A DNA stretch of 64,000 bases from Pecten maximus (lineage: Eukaryota). The notes beneath the pieces are model-generated. The model worked only from the letters and a program-made list of their open reading frames with translations. It was not told the origin of the DNA and made no database searches. Position 1 is the first letter of the stretch. Each line of letters begins with the position of its first letter. The position numbers were made by a program, and so were the translations under genes. Below, one piece after another: positions 37,553 through 50,495 of this stretch. The stretch is from positions 29,078,001-29,142,000 of the forward strand of contig NC_047020.1 in assembly GCF_902652985.1 (NCBI RefSeq). Reading direction: 5' to 3'.

Positions 37553-39767
37553 TTTTAGCTCACCTGGTCCGAAGGACCAAGGTGAGCTTATGCCATACCG
37601 TGGCGTCCGTCGTCCGTCGTCCGTCCGTCCGTCAACAATTGACTTCTTCATAACCACTGATCAGAATTTGACCAAATTTGGTCAGAAGCATCCCTATGGG
37701 TAGGGAACTCAAAATTGTACAAATGATGGGGCTGACCCCCCAGGGGCCTGAAGGGCGGGGCCAAAAGGGGTCAATTTGGCTATATTGATATAAACAACTT
37801 CTTCTCTGAAACCGAGCAAAGGATATTGCTCCTATTTGCCTGGAAGCATCACTATGAGGTGGGGATTCAAAATTGTACAAATGGTGGTGCTGACTCCCTA
37901 GGGGCCTGAGGGGCGGGGCCAAAATGGGTCAATACAGCTATATTGATATTAACGACTTCTTCTCTGGAACCGAGCAATGGATATCACTCATATTTGCCTG
38001 GAAGCATCACTTTGGGGTGGGGATTCAAAATTGTACAAATGATGGGACTGACCCCCTAGGGGCCTGAGGGGTCGGGGCCAAAATGGGTCAATATAGCTAT
38101 ATTGATAATACCGACTTCTTCTCTGAAACCGAGCAATGGATTTCGCTCATATTTGCCTTGTAGCATTACTTTGGGGTGGGGATTCAAAATTGTACAAATG
38201 ATGGGGCTGACCCCCAGGGGCCTGAAGGGCGGGGCAAAAATGGGTCAATTGGGCTATATTGATATAAACAACTTCTTCTCTGAAAACGAGCAAAGGATAT
38301 TGCTCCTATTTGCCTGGAAGCATAACTATGAGGTGGGGATTCAAAATTGTAAAATGGTGGTGCTGACTCCCTAGGGGCCTGAGGGGCGGGGCCAAAATGG
38401 GTCAATATAACTATATTGATATTAAGAACTTCTTCTCTGGAACCGAGCAATGGATATCACTCATATTTGCCTGGTAGCATCACTTTGGGGTGGGGATTCA
38501 AAACTGTACAAATGATAGGACTGACCCCCTAGGGGCCTGAGGGGCGGGGCCAAAATGGGTCAATATAGCTAAATTGATAATACTGATTTCTTCTCTGAAA
38601 CCGAGCAATGGATATTGCTCATATTTGCCTGGTAGCATTACTTTGGGGTTGGGATTCAAAATTGCACAAATGATGGGGCTGACCCCCAGGGGCCTGAAGG
38701 GCGGGGCCAAATGTGTTCAATTGGGCTAAATTGATTTAAACAACTTCTTCTCTGAAACCGAGCAAAGGATATTGCTCATATTTGCCTGGTAGCAACAATA
38801 TGGGATGGGGATTCAAAATTGTACAAATGGTGTTGGTGACCCCTTGGGGGCCTGAGAGGCGGGGCCAAGAGGGGTCAATTTGGCTAAATTGATATGAACA
38901 ACTTCTCCTCTGAAACTTAGCAATATATATTGCTCAATTTTGACTGTGAGAATCGCTTTGGGGTAGGGATTCAAAATTGTACAAATGGTGGGTCTACCTC
39001 CCTGGGGGCTGAGGGGCGGGACAAATGGGGTCAATTCTGCTAAATTGATATAAACAACTTCTTCTCTGAAACTAAGCAATGGATATCACTCATATTTGCC
39101 TGGTAGCAACCCCCTAGGGTAGGGATTCAATTTGTACAAATGACAGGGCTGACCCCAGGGGACCTAAGAGGCGGGGCCAAAAGGGGTTATTTTGGCAGAA
39201 TTTATATAAACAACTTTTTCTCTGAAACTAAGCAATGGATATCTTTAATATGTGACTGGTAGCATTCCTTTGGGTTAAGGATTCAAAATTGTACAAATGA
39301 TGGGGCCGACCCCTTGGAGGCTGAGGGGCTGGGCCAAAAGGGGTCAATTTTGCTAAATTGATATGAACAACTTCTCTGAAATAACTCATATTTGACTATT
39401 AGCATCCTATTGGGGTAGGGATTCAAAATTGTATAAAGGAAGGAGCTGACCACCATGGGGCAGAGGGCAGGGTCAAAAGGGGTCAATTGGTCTAAACAAG
39501 ATCTTCTCTGAAACTAAGCAATGGATATCACTCACATTTTTGTGGTAGCATCCCTATGGGGTCGCGCCAAAAGTCAATTTCATTTCATGGATTAATGCAC
39601 CTTTTGGCATTTTTAGTATTAAAATAAAACCAATGTATATGTACCCATATAAAATGCTTATGATATATATTAACATAGCAATACCAGCGACAAATATACT
39701 TAAGCATCATTCTTGTTTCATATCTCATGAAACCAGGTGAGCGATTCAGGCCCTCTGGGCCTCTTGT
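37553..39767 (+). mobile_element. HINE/Helentron-associated element carrying about 12 copies of a ~158-bp repeat
   Basis: In order: T-run, subTIR agctcacctgg with adjacent inverted copy, (cgtc)n microsatellite, tandem array, 3' subTIR ccaggtgagc, hairpin aggccctctgggcct and terminal cttgt. Confidence 0.88.
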
Positions 39768-40636
39768 ATACTACAAATAAGTCCTAAATTTTTCGTGACA
39801 AATACAAAGATGGATAGATAATAATTGAGGTTGTTATAAACATTGGATCATTAGGCTGTGAACATTCTTCAATGTAATGGTAATTATAAACATTATCAGC
39901 ACTTTCTGTGTTTAATGTCAGACATCAGTCTTTAACATTAGTATAAGTTGTCATACCTACATTATAATAATTATATAAAATATGTACAAAAACTATAGCT
40001 AACACATTCATAATTTAGCACGGGTGTTCCAGTGGGAAACGTAAACCTACTGCCGATATATATTTTGATGTAGTGTTGATATTTGTATGTAGTGTCGAGT
40101 AGTGATAAAGAGGCTAGTGGTCAGCCGGTCACTCTTTATTGGACTAATGACCTTTCCTACAGTAGGTAGGCTATCTAGAATATAATGTGTTCTGGCCATA
40201 AAGAAGTGTTAATGGAATGGTTTCAGCTTAAAACATATCCACATGACAATCATTTAAATCTCTGGGTTGCGATCACAAATGGATAATTGTGATGCTGATG
40301 TTGTAACCTACAGACAGATAAATTTGGTCGAGTGGAGAGTAAACATGTGAAGGCTTCTTGCCAAACCACAAACTGATAACATATGTTTCAGATTACTATT
40401 GATCATATACAAAATTCAAGGGTTTTGTTAGCAATATACTGTTAACATTGTATATTATGACAAAGTAAAAAAAGATTTTGGTCAACCATTTCATTGGTTG
40501 AAGACCAGGAATAACCAATCACTTCACTTTGAAGAATATGGAAGTTCTATGCCGAGATTCAGCTGGTCAAAAATTGTGCTCACATGATTAATGTAAAAAC
40601 GCTTCTTTTGGCCTCTCCTACTCTAGTGCATAACCA

Positions 40637-40840
40637 TTTTTATGCCCCCACCATGAAATGGGGGGCATATAGTGTTAAGCGTGTCGGGTCCCATCCCGTC
40701 TCATCACGTCCTGCCCCACCCTGTCCTGATGCAATGTAACCAGCTAATCTCAGGAACTGCTGATGCAATCCTTACCAAACTGTGTTTCGGGGTGTCAAGT
40801 GGCAGCGGGGGGCCTTTATGTCTTATAAACATGTTCTAAT
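40637..40840 (+). mobile_element. Short HINE-like element
   Basis: ttttatgccccc...gggggcata inverted repeat, a degenerate cgtc tract, 3' subTIR gcggggggc and a ttctaatt end. Confidence 0.6.
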
Positions 40841-41254
40841 TACTATTAATAGCAGGTAAGTGTAATCATGAATTAGTGACCGACACCATTTACTATGAAA
40901 AGTATATAGAGAACAATTAATATTTATTCCAATACTTCCACTGCAAAAAGCGCTGAAATAATTAAGATAACCACTGAATTATGTGTATCAACAGTTTATG
41001 TTTGACTCTGCACAGCAACAGCTGGCTCCAGGCATATTAACTCCTATCATTGATTAGATATAGCCCATTAAAAGCCTTAGTTTTCATCATGACATATATT
41101 CCATGGAGGCAGAAAGCGTATATGTTATATATTCTGCAGCGGTAGAAAAGGTATATGTGATATACATGTATTCTGTGGAGTTGGATTTTCTTCATCCTAA
41201 TTTCCGAATTAAATTATTGTTCAAAATCATCATGATCATGCATGTAAAGATCTA

Positions 41255-41620
41255 GACTGATCAGTCACTACACATACATAGTAAAAAGACTGTTCAGTCA
41301 CTACACATATATAGTAAAAAGACTGTTCAGTCAAAACAAATTTATAATGAAATGACTGTTCAGCCACAACACATTTATAATGAAATGACTGTTCAGTGTT
41401 CAGCTTTCACAGGTTTACACTGAAAAGGCTGTTCAGCCACAACAAATTTATAATGAAATGACTGTTCAGTGTTCAGCTTTCACAGTTACACTAGTAAAAA
41501 GACTGTTCAGTCACTACACAAATTTATAGTAAAATGACTGCTCAGTGTTCAGCTTTCACAGGTTTACACTGAAAAGGCTGTTCAGTCATCTCGCATTTAC
41601 AGAGAAAAACTGTTCAGTGT
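41255..41620. repeat. Degenerate minisatellite with gactgttcag core
   Basis: The core recurs about every 33-42 bp with higher-order structure. Confidence 0.8.
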
Positions 41621-42454
41621 AATGTACCTTGCCTGAGGATTTAACACAGTAATACAAACAAAATTGTTACCTATACAATTAACTCGGAGACGGGACAGAT
41701 GATTACATGTATCGGAAACTGACAAAATAATGGATTCCAATAATCTTGGGTGCTGATATAAATAACAGGAACTGAGCATCAAGTCTACATAAACTGTATA
41801 TATTGTGATATATGTATTGACCTGCCACAGAGTTACCAATAGTCCATCACAACCCAATCCATCAGGTACACAATCTGTGGTTTGAGCTGTATGAGGTATG
41901 CTGCAAATATATAATTTGACTGAAGTGATATCTGAAAGTGGTTTAATAAAGTTTGACATATATTTTAATATCTTCTATCATTAATGTGATTACTTTTGAG
42001 CCATTACCTCCATTGTAGTGTTAATTATTAAATGAAGTTCTGATGCTGAAATTTCAAAAAGTTACTTATTTACAGCATTTAACTATTTGATAAATATAAA
42101 TATCTATAGAGACATTTCTAATATCAAAGATGTTTACATAGAAATACTGCCAGAAAAATATACTTGGAATGATAAGATGCTGAGAAGGTTAAAATTTTCA
42201 ATATTGGTTTCACAGTTCAAAGCAAAACGAACAATAAAAAGAAGATTTGCAGAAATGAAATGATTTACAGACAAATTGATTTCCCCCATAAAGTTTCATT
42301 TTAGAAGGAAATGTTTTCCTGATTTTTCTCTATCTTGGATAATAACTACCTATACAGTGCATACAAATGTTAAAGTAGACTATTACTGGATCACCTGTCA
42401 CTTGTCTGTACTGTAAGTAGATTATGCCATTCATTGGGTTGTGGATATAGACTA

Positions 42455-43319
42455 CAGTCGAATCTATCCAAACGACAATCTCTATTTAGTGACCCTCTGT
42501 TCTAAGCGGCAATTTCAATTCCTCCCGAGCGTGTTCGCTATATATTTTAACTCTATAAAGTGACCCTCTGTTTACGCGACCAGCGACCACAATTTTTCAT
42601 TCCTGTGATAACAATTACTCTCTAATAAGCGACCAGAAGTCTCCAAAATGCCTTCCATTACCATTTTCGCCTTGATAACACCCAAGTAGTTTTACTTTTC
42701 ATGAAAAGGACAGGAGTGGAGGCGAAGATGTGGTCTAGAATTCTGACGATTTTCTGACTTTTTATATATAATATTTAAATTTGCATGGGAAATATAATAA
42801 TAAAGAAATGCATGAACAGTCCACTTACTGTTAAATCATGATTTGTTATCTTTTTTTAGACATTAAAACAGATATTTGCCATCGAAAAAAGTCGCCGTTT
42901 ATATACATGTAGTAGGAAATGCAGTAATGTAACTAATAATCGGGGCGGATAAAGACCATGCAAGATTTCAGGAATTAAAAAAATAAATAAATAATTAAAA
43001 AGTAATCTAAAATATATTTCTAATGTTAAATCGATGTGTTTTGCTCTGCTAAAAGAATTACAAAAAATATATACGATGATAAAACATTACCATAATAATA
43101 AAAAAAATTAATACCTAATAAAAAAAAAAAAAAAATTGTTCAAAATGAATTGTTAATTTTTCATTTATATTATCAGTTATTATATTATTGCCAATTCTTG
43201 AATGAATAAAAAGCTAATGAACGTTCATTAAATCTAAGATACTCTATTAAGAGACCACTCTCCATTAAGAGACCGTTTTTCAACTTCCCTTGAGTGGTCG
43301 CTTAATACAGATTCGACTG
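42455..43319. mobile_element. Non-autonomous Tc1/mariner-pogo-type element
   Basis: TA|CAGTCGAATCT...AGATTCGACTG|TA termini, with subterminal gcgacc/gtgacc repeats. Confidence 0.85.
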
Positions 43320-44736
43320 TATATTGAATGTGAACATAAACCTGTATGATATGACGGGCTGACAACATAACTAAACACAATACGGGCCAATACCTACACT
43401 TGTATGTCATATTGATGACACTGAGCCATTTTAACTGCATGATGGCAAGCTCTGAAGCTAAAGTACAGAGAATCAGTGTTATGGTGTATGGTGTCAGCTC
43501 ACCGCTGTACTGGATGTGTGAGTTGTCTCCCTTTACACAGCTACAGTACACCATGATATATGAGTTTGAAATATCGACAACACCAGCTGATAGCCAGCTG
43601 TATGTAGGTCACCACCGGGAATCTGGCCGTTTTTTGTCTCAGACACATGAATCTTCTGTCTATACTTCAATAGCTAAGAGTAAACAAAAGGTTGCTGTGA
43701 TCATCGTTTGTGTAATTAATAGTCTTTTGTCCATACTCTAACACACACTAGATAAGTAAATTTAGTAGCTGTCTCATTTATTTATTACATTGTCATTAAT
43801 AAATTGAGTGATCAGGTGGTGTACTTGATATCACAGAATGCCTGTCACTATGAGAGGTGGAGTTCAATTCCATGATTGGATGGTTTCAGATCATAAAAAG
43901 ATTTGGTATTTACCCATTTCAGAATTGGCACAATCACATTATAGATTGGTAACTCAACATCATCCGTTTTCTCCTAAAATGATGACGACATAATTTATCT
44001 TCAGGTAAACTTGAAATGTTTCTTCAGTCAAGTTCATGCAACCAAACCACACAGGTCTATTTGGGTTATACAATGTAGTTTAGCTGTGTTACAAAATTGT
44101 CTGTGTAAAATGAACGAATCAGTTTGGCTTGTACTGTTGGCTTGTGTTAAATATGGTTTTTGTCACTCAACTGACGAAGCATGCTTCTTTGCCTCGGGAG
44201 ATAGAGCCGGAGATTATCATACTCGAAGACCCTAGTTTGATTCCGTCCCAGGTTACTCAACAGAAATGTGTTTACCCCTGTCTTTCACTATATAATGTAT
44301 ATAGTGATTGAGTGGGGTACCTGTAAAGTGCGAAACGAAAGGAAAACGAAACGAAACAAAATGAAATCAAACGAAACGAAATGAAATCAAACGAAACGAA
44401 AAATGAAAGCATTGAAAAAAAAAAAATAAATAAAAGATATTAGACTTTAAAAAGGCCTAAGTGTCCCATTCTCATCGGTGTAAAAACAACACACAGGAAT
44501 AAATTTATCGCAATAGGAAGAATGAAGTATGGCGAAAAAAATTTTGAACCTGAAAAAAGAATCACAATATTTGTTCAGTTCTTTAAATATAAGATAACTT
44601 TATTCAAAATATTTTTATTTGTCTATTGAATGGGTTTTAAGTCAGCTATTACGGCCTTTCAGTGGACGAGAACAGATATGAAATTGAGTAGAATGAAAGA
44701 GGAGAGTGGGGTGGAAGAGAGTCGCATGTCTAATTG

Positions 44737-45216
44737 CATCTTCGCTAGCCAAGGCTTCTGATTACGTTACACTCCACGAACCCTTGGCGGATATAGTCGT
44801 CGGTTCTTGCCCTCTAGCGGAGATTCGAAATTACCTCCTTTTATTCAGGAAATTTTCGACCAATCAAAATGAGCGTTACCAATGTACTTCATCGGTGATA
44901 TTTACAGACACACATGAAGGCTTGTGTCAATTTCGATTAGATGTGTGATCAATGACTTATACAAATTGATCAAACACTGTGAATGTTTACCCAATGATTG
45001 TTCGTCTCTGTATTTAGGTAAAATGCCATGACATAGTCGACAATGTAGTTCTGTACTGGGTGCCGCAATTTTTGTTTACTGCGAAACCAAGCCTGAATGT
45101 AAAACGCGATTTGATTGGGTGCCCTGGGATTCCAGGGCGCGACGGTTTGAACACGACTATATCCGCCAAGGGTTCGTGGAGTGTAACGTAATCAGAAGCC
45201 TTGGCTAGCGAAGATG
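44737..45216. mobile_element. Young MULE-type MITE (480 bp)
   Basis: Perfect 64-bp TIR starting CATCTTCGCTAGCCAAGG and a perfect 9-bp TSD GTCTAATTG (44728-44736, 45217-45225). Confidence 0.93.
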
Positions 45217-45607
45217 GTCTAATTGATGGTGTGATTGATTTTTGAAAGCGACCCCCAGATTTGAATGGGTCCTAACCTAGCACTGTTTAGTAGCAGTTAC
45301 GCATACCGTAGCGAAGATGAAGGGAGAAGAGAGAAGGCCCTACCCTGTGAATTTGGTTTATCAAGTTTTTTTACATCCATCTAAACACCTAATAAATATT
45401 TCGAAATATTAAATATTGGCCTAAAAATACCCTATCCTCTGGGCCAGCGTTATCACACCTACACCTACACCTACATCTACACCAAATTAAGTCCCATCAG
45501 ACAGATTTGATGTTAGTGGTTATTTTAAGTACTGGTGCTTTATTTTTGTGTCCATTTTCCTTCTATGTCTAATTCAGAATATATGCTTAGTCCATTATTC
45601 ATATGCA

Positions 45608-45983
45608 TGTAGCGGAACTGGACCGGGTCGATCATCGGCGACTAGGTAGCTCAATCGGTAGAGCATCCGGCTAGTGTTTAGAGGTCCCGGGTTTGAACCC
45701 CGGTCTGGTCGTGCATTTTTCCACTCCTATTACATTTGGTGCCTGTGACCAAACTTTGTTTCAAGTGAGGTGAATACTTGACAAGGGGATACCCGAACCT
45801 GGGTTGTGAGTTGTGAAGTCTTCTGGGTCGAAGACTTAAAAAAATAGGAGGGAAGAGTGTAGCGGAACTGGACCAGTCGATCATCGGCGACCAGGTAGCT
45901 CAATCGGTAGAGCATCCGGCTAGTGTTCAGAGGTCCCTGGTTCGAACCCCGGTCTGGCCCTGCATTTTTCCACTCCTATTACA
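45608..45983 (+). mobile_element. tRNA-Thr(AGT)-containing LTR mini-retrotransposon (Helenus-like TRIM, family A)
   Basis: LTR1 45608-45734 and LTR2 45858-45983 (TGTA...TACA) each contain a cloverleaf-like tRNA with A/B boxes and TTTTT. The 123-bp internal part has PBS-like TGGTGCCTGTGAC and PPT AAAAAATAGGAGGGAAGAG. Confidence 0.85.
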
Positions 45984-46423
45984 TTTGTGTAGTAGGAGAG
46001 GATTTCAGGGACTGATTAAAACTAAGCATCGTAAAAACAACGTACAGTATTAGATATTATATTATTTTGTTACCAGTCAGCTCGACGACGATCGAGGGGA
46101 TTGTGACGTTGCCAGGTCATGTCTGGCTGACCCTGTTATTGTTGCTTATCCAGTTGTAGCTGTTTATAAATAGATTCACACGAGCATGCCTGGGGCGCAA
46201 TCTCGGGTATATATTCGGGTGTCTGGCTCGCTCAGTGGGCAGTCGAACGGATTTGTTTCCGGAGGTGTGCCACATTCCAACAGGCCTTCGCTTAGCTGGA
46301 TAGTTATAGTAGCAGCAGAGGGGTATGTAAGCTTAGGCATAGGGTCATAATGTTAGGTGGCGCGGAAGTCAAGCTCCTGTAAGATCATGACCAAGGGAGG
46401 GGTCCTAGGGCTGATATAATGTA

Positions 46424-47514
46424 CAGTCAAACCTGCTCTAACGACCCCCTGTATATAACGACTGCCTGTCTATAATGACCGGTTTTAAGATTCCCCGTGA
46501 GATTTTACTATATAACGACCCTCTGTATAGCGACTACCTGTCTAATGTGGCTAACGACCGGTGATTTTGGAACGGCGGTCGCTAATTTGTTTTCTATAGC
46601 GACCGATTTCTGTCAGCCATCTTCTGCTCTCGGCAGTCATCCCTCATAAAATCCCCGGAAAATTCAGACACATCGACCCTGGCTTGATTATACAAACAAA
46701 GGACCACCACAACCCTGGCCTGAGTATATAAACAAAAGACCCCTTCCACCTAGTTAGCCTATAATTACTGTAGCTGCCCTGGCCTGGGGCTCGGTAAGAG
46801 AGGAGTCGGGTCACCATGCGTGTCGGTTTTACATTACAACAGTGCACAGGTGGCTTCATTTGACACGGTCAGTTAATTTTGTCTTTACAACTAGGATACA
46901 TCACTTCAATAACAAACACTGGTCATATCTGTCAACAAGATTTACTCACATGAAAGCCAATAATGCCTTTCTTAATCGTAGCTGTCGGTACTAGCGTTTG
47001 TACTGCCGCCATCTTTAATTAGTCAATACTAATAAAAAGTCGTAAACTGACACAAATATCCGGATTTCAACTTGGGTCAGAAAAAAACCATTTTTGGTTT
47101 TAAGAAGTAAGACTATAACACAAAATAATTAGCAGTAACACAAATATAATTAATTGATTAATGATTGTGTATTCTTTTTCTTTATTTAAAGAAAGGGAGA
47201 TAATTTGATAGATACATATAGCATTATTTCAGAACAAAATATTTTAAAAAAATCATCCATAAGATCATTTTGAGTTATATTTTGTGTTTGGGTCCACAAA
47301 TCATTAAATATTAAACCCTTCAGATTTATAAAGTTTATGCATTTATTTAACTTCTGACTGGTCTTCTGAATGCCCTGTTCAATGACAATTTATTTATGGC
47401 AGGTTTAAGTAAATTGGTTGGTGCAATAATTTTGACCTGTCTATAAAGGCAACCTGTCTATAGTGACCGTTTTTCTGCCTCCCCTTGCGCGGTCGCTATA
47501 GACAGGTTTGACTG
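46424..47514. mobile_element. Non-autonomous Tc1/mariner-pogo-type element
   Basis: TA|CAGTCAAACCTG...CAGGTTTGACTG|TA termini, with subterminal tataacgacc repeats. Confidence 0.88.
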
Positions 47515-48419
47515 TATATAGTTATTTGTGTGTGAGCGTATTTTCATCTGTACATAATTCATCGACCCATATTAAATATCCTTAACTTTAAAATGATGTA
47601 GTTTGTTATCTCTTCAATATCCGACAAGTGTTAGAACCTAACCGAACCTGGGTTGATAACACTAGGCGATGCGGGACTTCGGGACATACTAATAGCCGGA
47701 GCAGTGTGTGTTACGCCCGGAGCCACGACTCGTCCTACTAGAGGGTGACACCTGAAGGATGTCACAGATGGAATGAAGTGAAGTAAGGGGCGATAACTCT
47801 GTGTGAGCATGATTTGTCAAAATCGCTCAATATCTAAGTTTCGACCAATAAAAATACTTTTTTTTTGTTGGTTTAAACATTTAAATGGTTCATAATTATA
47901 GTGACAAATAGGATTTGGGCACAAGTTTTCAAACTTATCGAGGCCTTCTCCTGAACATACATCAAACGTTTACAGTGAAGCAAGGCTGCATATTAGCTAT
48001 AAATAAATTTGTGAATACTTTACAGTGAATTAGAATTACAATTTCAATTTGACCTTGTTATCTAGAGCTCTCCTGATTGCTAGAAATGGGACTGAAAAAA
48101 GACTGTTGTTCGTAAAGGTAACAAAACCCATCAATTAAGTTAAATTTGCAGTTCCCATATAGCAAATCTAATTGAAATTGAACATTATATACATTTCGAC
48201 CAATCAGAGGCCAGAAATTGGTGACCATTTTGTTTAAATGTGAAAGTGAGGCTACGAGAGCGACAAGTGTTCAATGATGTTCCTACATATCAAATTTCAT
48301 CAAAATCGGACAATATCTAAATTTGAACCAAGCAGTGCTCAGTTGATGGCAGCGATTTTATTAAAATGAGAAAATCAGGTTACGAAAGTGACTGATTTCC
48401 CATGATGTACATAAAAATA

Positions 48420-48929
48420 AACAAGGGCCCATTGGAGGGCCTTAACATACGCCCGCGCAATATTTGACACTTGGAAGGGGGTAGTTTCACAGGTTGTAGT
48501 GCTCCGGCTCATCAACATGTATATTTGTGTCAAGTATGGAGAGCCTGGGTCAGGAAGTATTGGAGTTATGGTCCGGACAAGTAAAATCATCAATGGGGAA
48601 TAACTCCGCAAATACGGGGGTAAGGGGCATGATTTTAGTATGGGACACTCCGGCTCATCAAGATGTATATTTGTGTCAAGTATGGAGAGCCTGGGTAAAG
48701 TAGTATTGGAGTTATGGTCAGGACAAGTAAAATCAGCAAAGGGGAATAACTCTGCAAGTACGGGGAAAAGGGGCATGATATTTATATGCGACATTCTGAG
48801 TCATCAAGATGTATATTTGTGTCAAGTATGGAGAGCCTGGGTCGAGAGTTATGGTCGGGACACCATATGTGCCCGCCCCCCCGCCAACATGATAACATTA
48901 TAATGTACGTCGGGTCGGGCGTATAAAAA
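48420..48929 (-). mobile_element. HINE-like element with ~144-bp internal repeats
   Basis: aacaag end plus hairpin ggccc..gggcc, subTIRs atacgcccg / cgggcgtat with an A-run, and about 2.5 internal repeats. Confidence 0.75.
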
Positions 48930-49586
48930 TCACTAAAACAGGACAATATCTTAATTTGGAACAATTTCCTCACAATATAGGGATTAAATCAATTTCCTCA
49001 CAATATAAGGATTAACTCAATCAGATGTAAATCTTCATGATTTTAGAGGAATTAGCTCGCGCCAATTTCAATCTTGGAGTTAAAGTTAATAATTCATACT
49101 TGCGTGAGGAAAATCCAAATTTTTAGCATGTATGATAGAAGGAAATTTGTTTGTTTTTTTCCCCAAGCTATTTTAATAATATGCTATTTCGAGAATTTCC
49201 ATGAAGTTCAAAGTCATGATCAGTGTCATCCGTCGTCCATATCAAGCAAATAAGGAAATGTCTATTACATTTGTTTTATTTAAACAGTTTGCAACTTCTT
49301 ATAGTGTTTGGAATCACAATAAAGTTCTTGATCAATCGATCATCATAGTTTCTAAACAATCGATGATCAATTATTGATCGATCATGAATAGAAAGAGAAA
49401 TATCAATAATCACTACATTATAATTTATAATAAATAAATATCATGACCAACTGAGCAAGTTAATTCACTTTATTTTCCCTTGATTAAATTAGATGATTAG
49501 TAAGTTGATTCAATTAGCATCAATCCAATCCAAAGTTCTGGGCCTCTCATGTGTTGTTCAATGAAGTACATGTAGTTACCATTTGT

Positions 49587-50495
49587 AATAAGTTTAAATG
49601 AATTTTAAATCAAAATATTTAAAAAAAATATATATATTATATGTTTTCAGGCCCGAAGTAACTGAGTTTAACTTAATGTAACATAATAATTCATAATATT
49701 TTAACATAAACTTGTCAGAACAGCTTTCTCGCACATTGTTTTCTTCGGTGTATGTGAGCGAAAGGTTTAAATATGTAGGTATGGTATTTGAGGCAAAGAT
49801 ATTTGAAAATCCAATAGTTTTCCTGTGTGCAGATGACATTTCGAAGACTATTTTGTAAAATTGTAATGGTTGAATTCTGGTTACTCTGATTTTGTCAAAT
49901 AATTTTCTATAATATATCATTTATAATAAGTTGAAATGAATTTTAAATCAAAATATTACAAAAGAAATAACATAACATGTTTTCACACCAAAATTAACTT
50001 AATTTAACTTAATTTGACATAATAATTGACAATATTTTAGCATAAATTTGTCAGAACAGCTTTCTCGCACATTGTTTTCTTCAGTGTATGCGAGCGAAAG
50101 GTTTAAATATGTTGGTATGGTATTTGAGGCAAAGATATTTGAAAATCCACTAATTTTCGTGTGTGCAGGTGACATTTCGAAGAATATTTTGCAAAATTGT
50201 GAGAGCTGAATTCTGGTAACACTGATATTGTCAAATAATTTTCTATAATGCCTTTTCTAATAAGTTGAAATGAACTTTCAGTCAAGATATTAAAATAAGC
50301 TACTGTACATAACATCTTTTCCCACCCAAAATTAACTTAATTTAACTTATTCAGTTAATGCAATCATAATAATTGACAATATCTTAGCAACAAATTGTAA
50401 GAACAGCTTTCTTGCATTTTACTTCTCTTCGTTGTGTGTAAGTGAAAGATTTAAATATGTTGTATGGTATTTGAAACAAAGAATTTGAAAATTTA
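49587..50495. repeat. ~335-bp AT-rich tandem repeat, about 2.7 diverged copies
   Basis: aataagtt.aaatgaa.ttt starts near 49587, 49925 and 50258, and each copy shares an agaacagctttct...ggtatttga block. Confidence 0.85.

Noticed and set aside
37632-39486. Family of similar Pro/Gly-rich ORFs
   Set aside because: These are translations of the ~158-bp monomers inside a HINE element.
45632-45960. Two functional tRNA-Thr(AGT) genes
   Set aside because: The anticodon and T stems have mismatches, and both copies sit inside TG...CA repeats with a PBS and PPT. They are better explained as TRIM LTRs.
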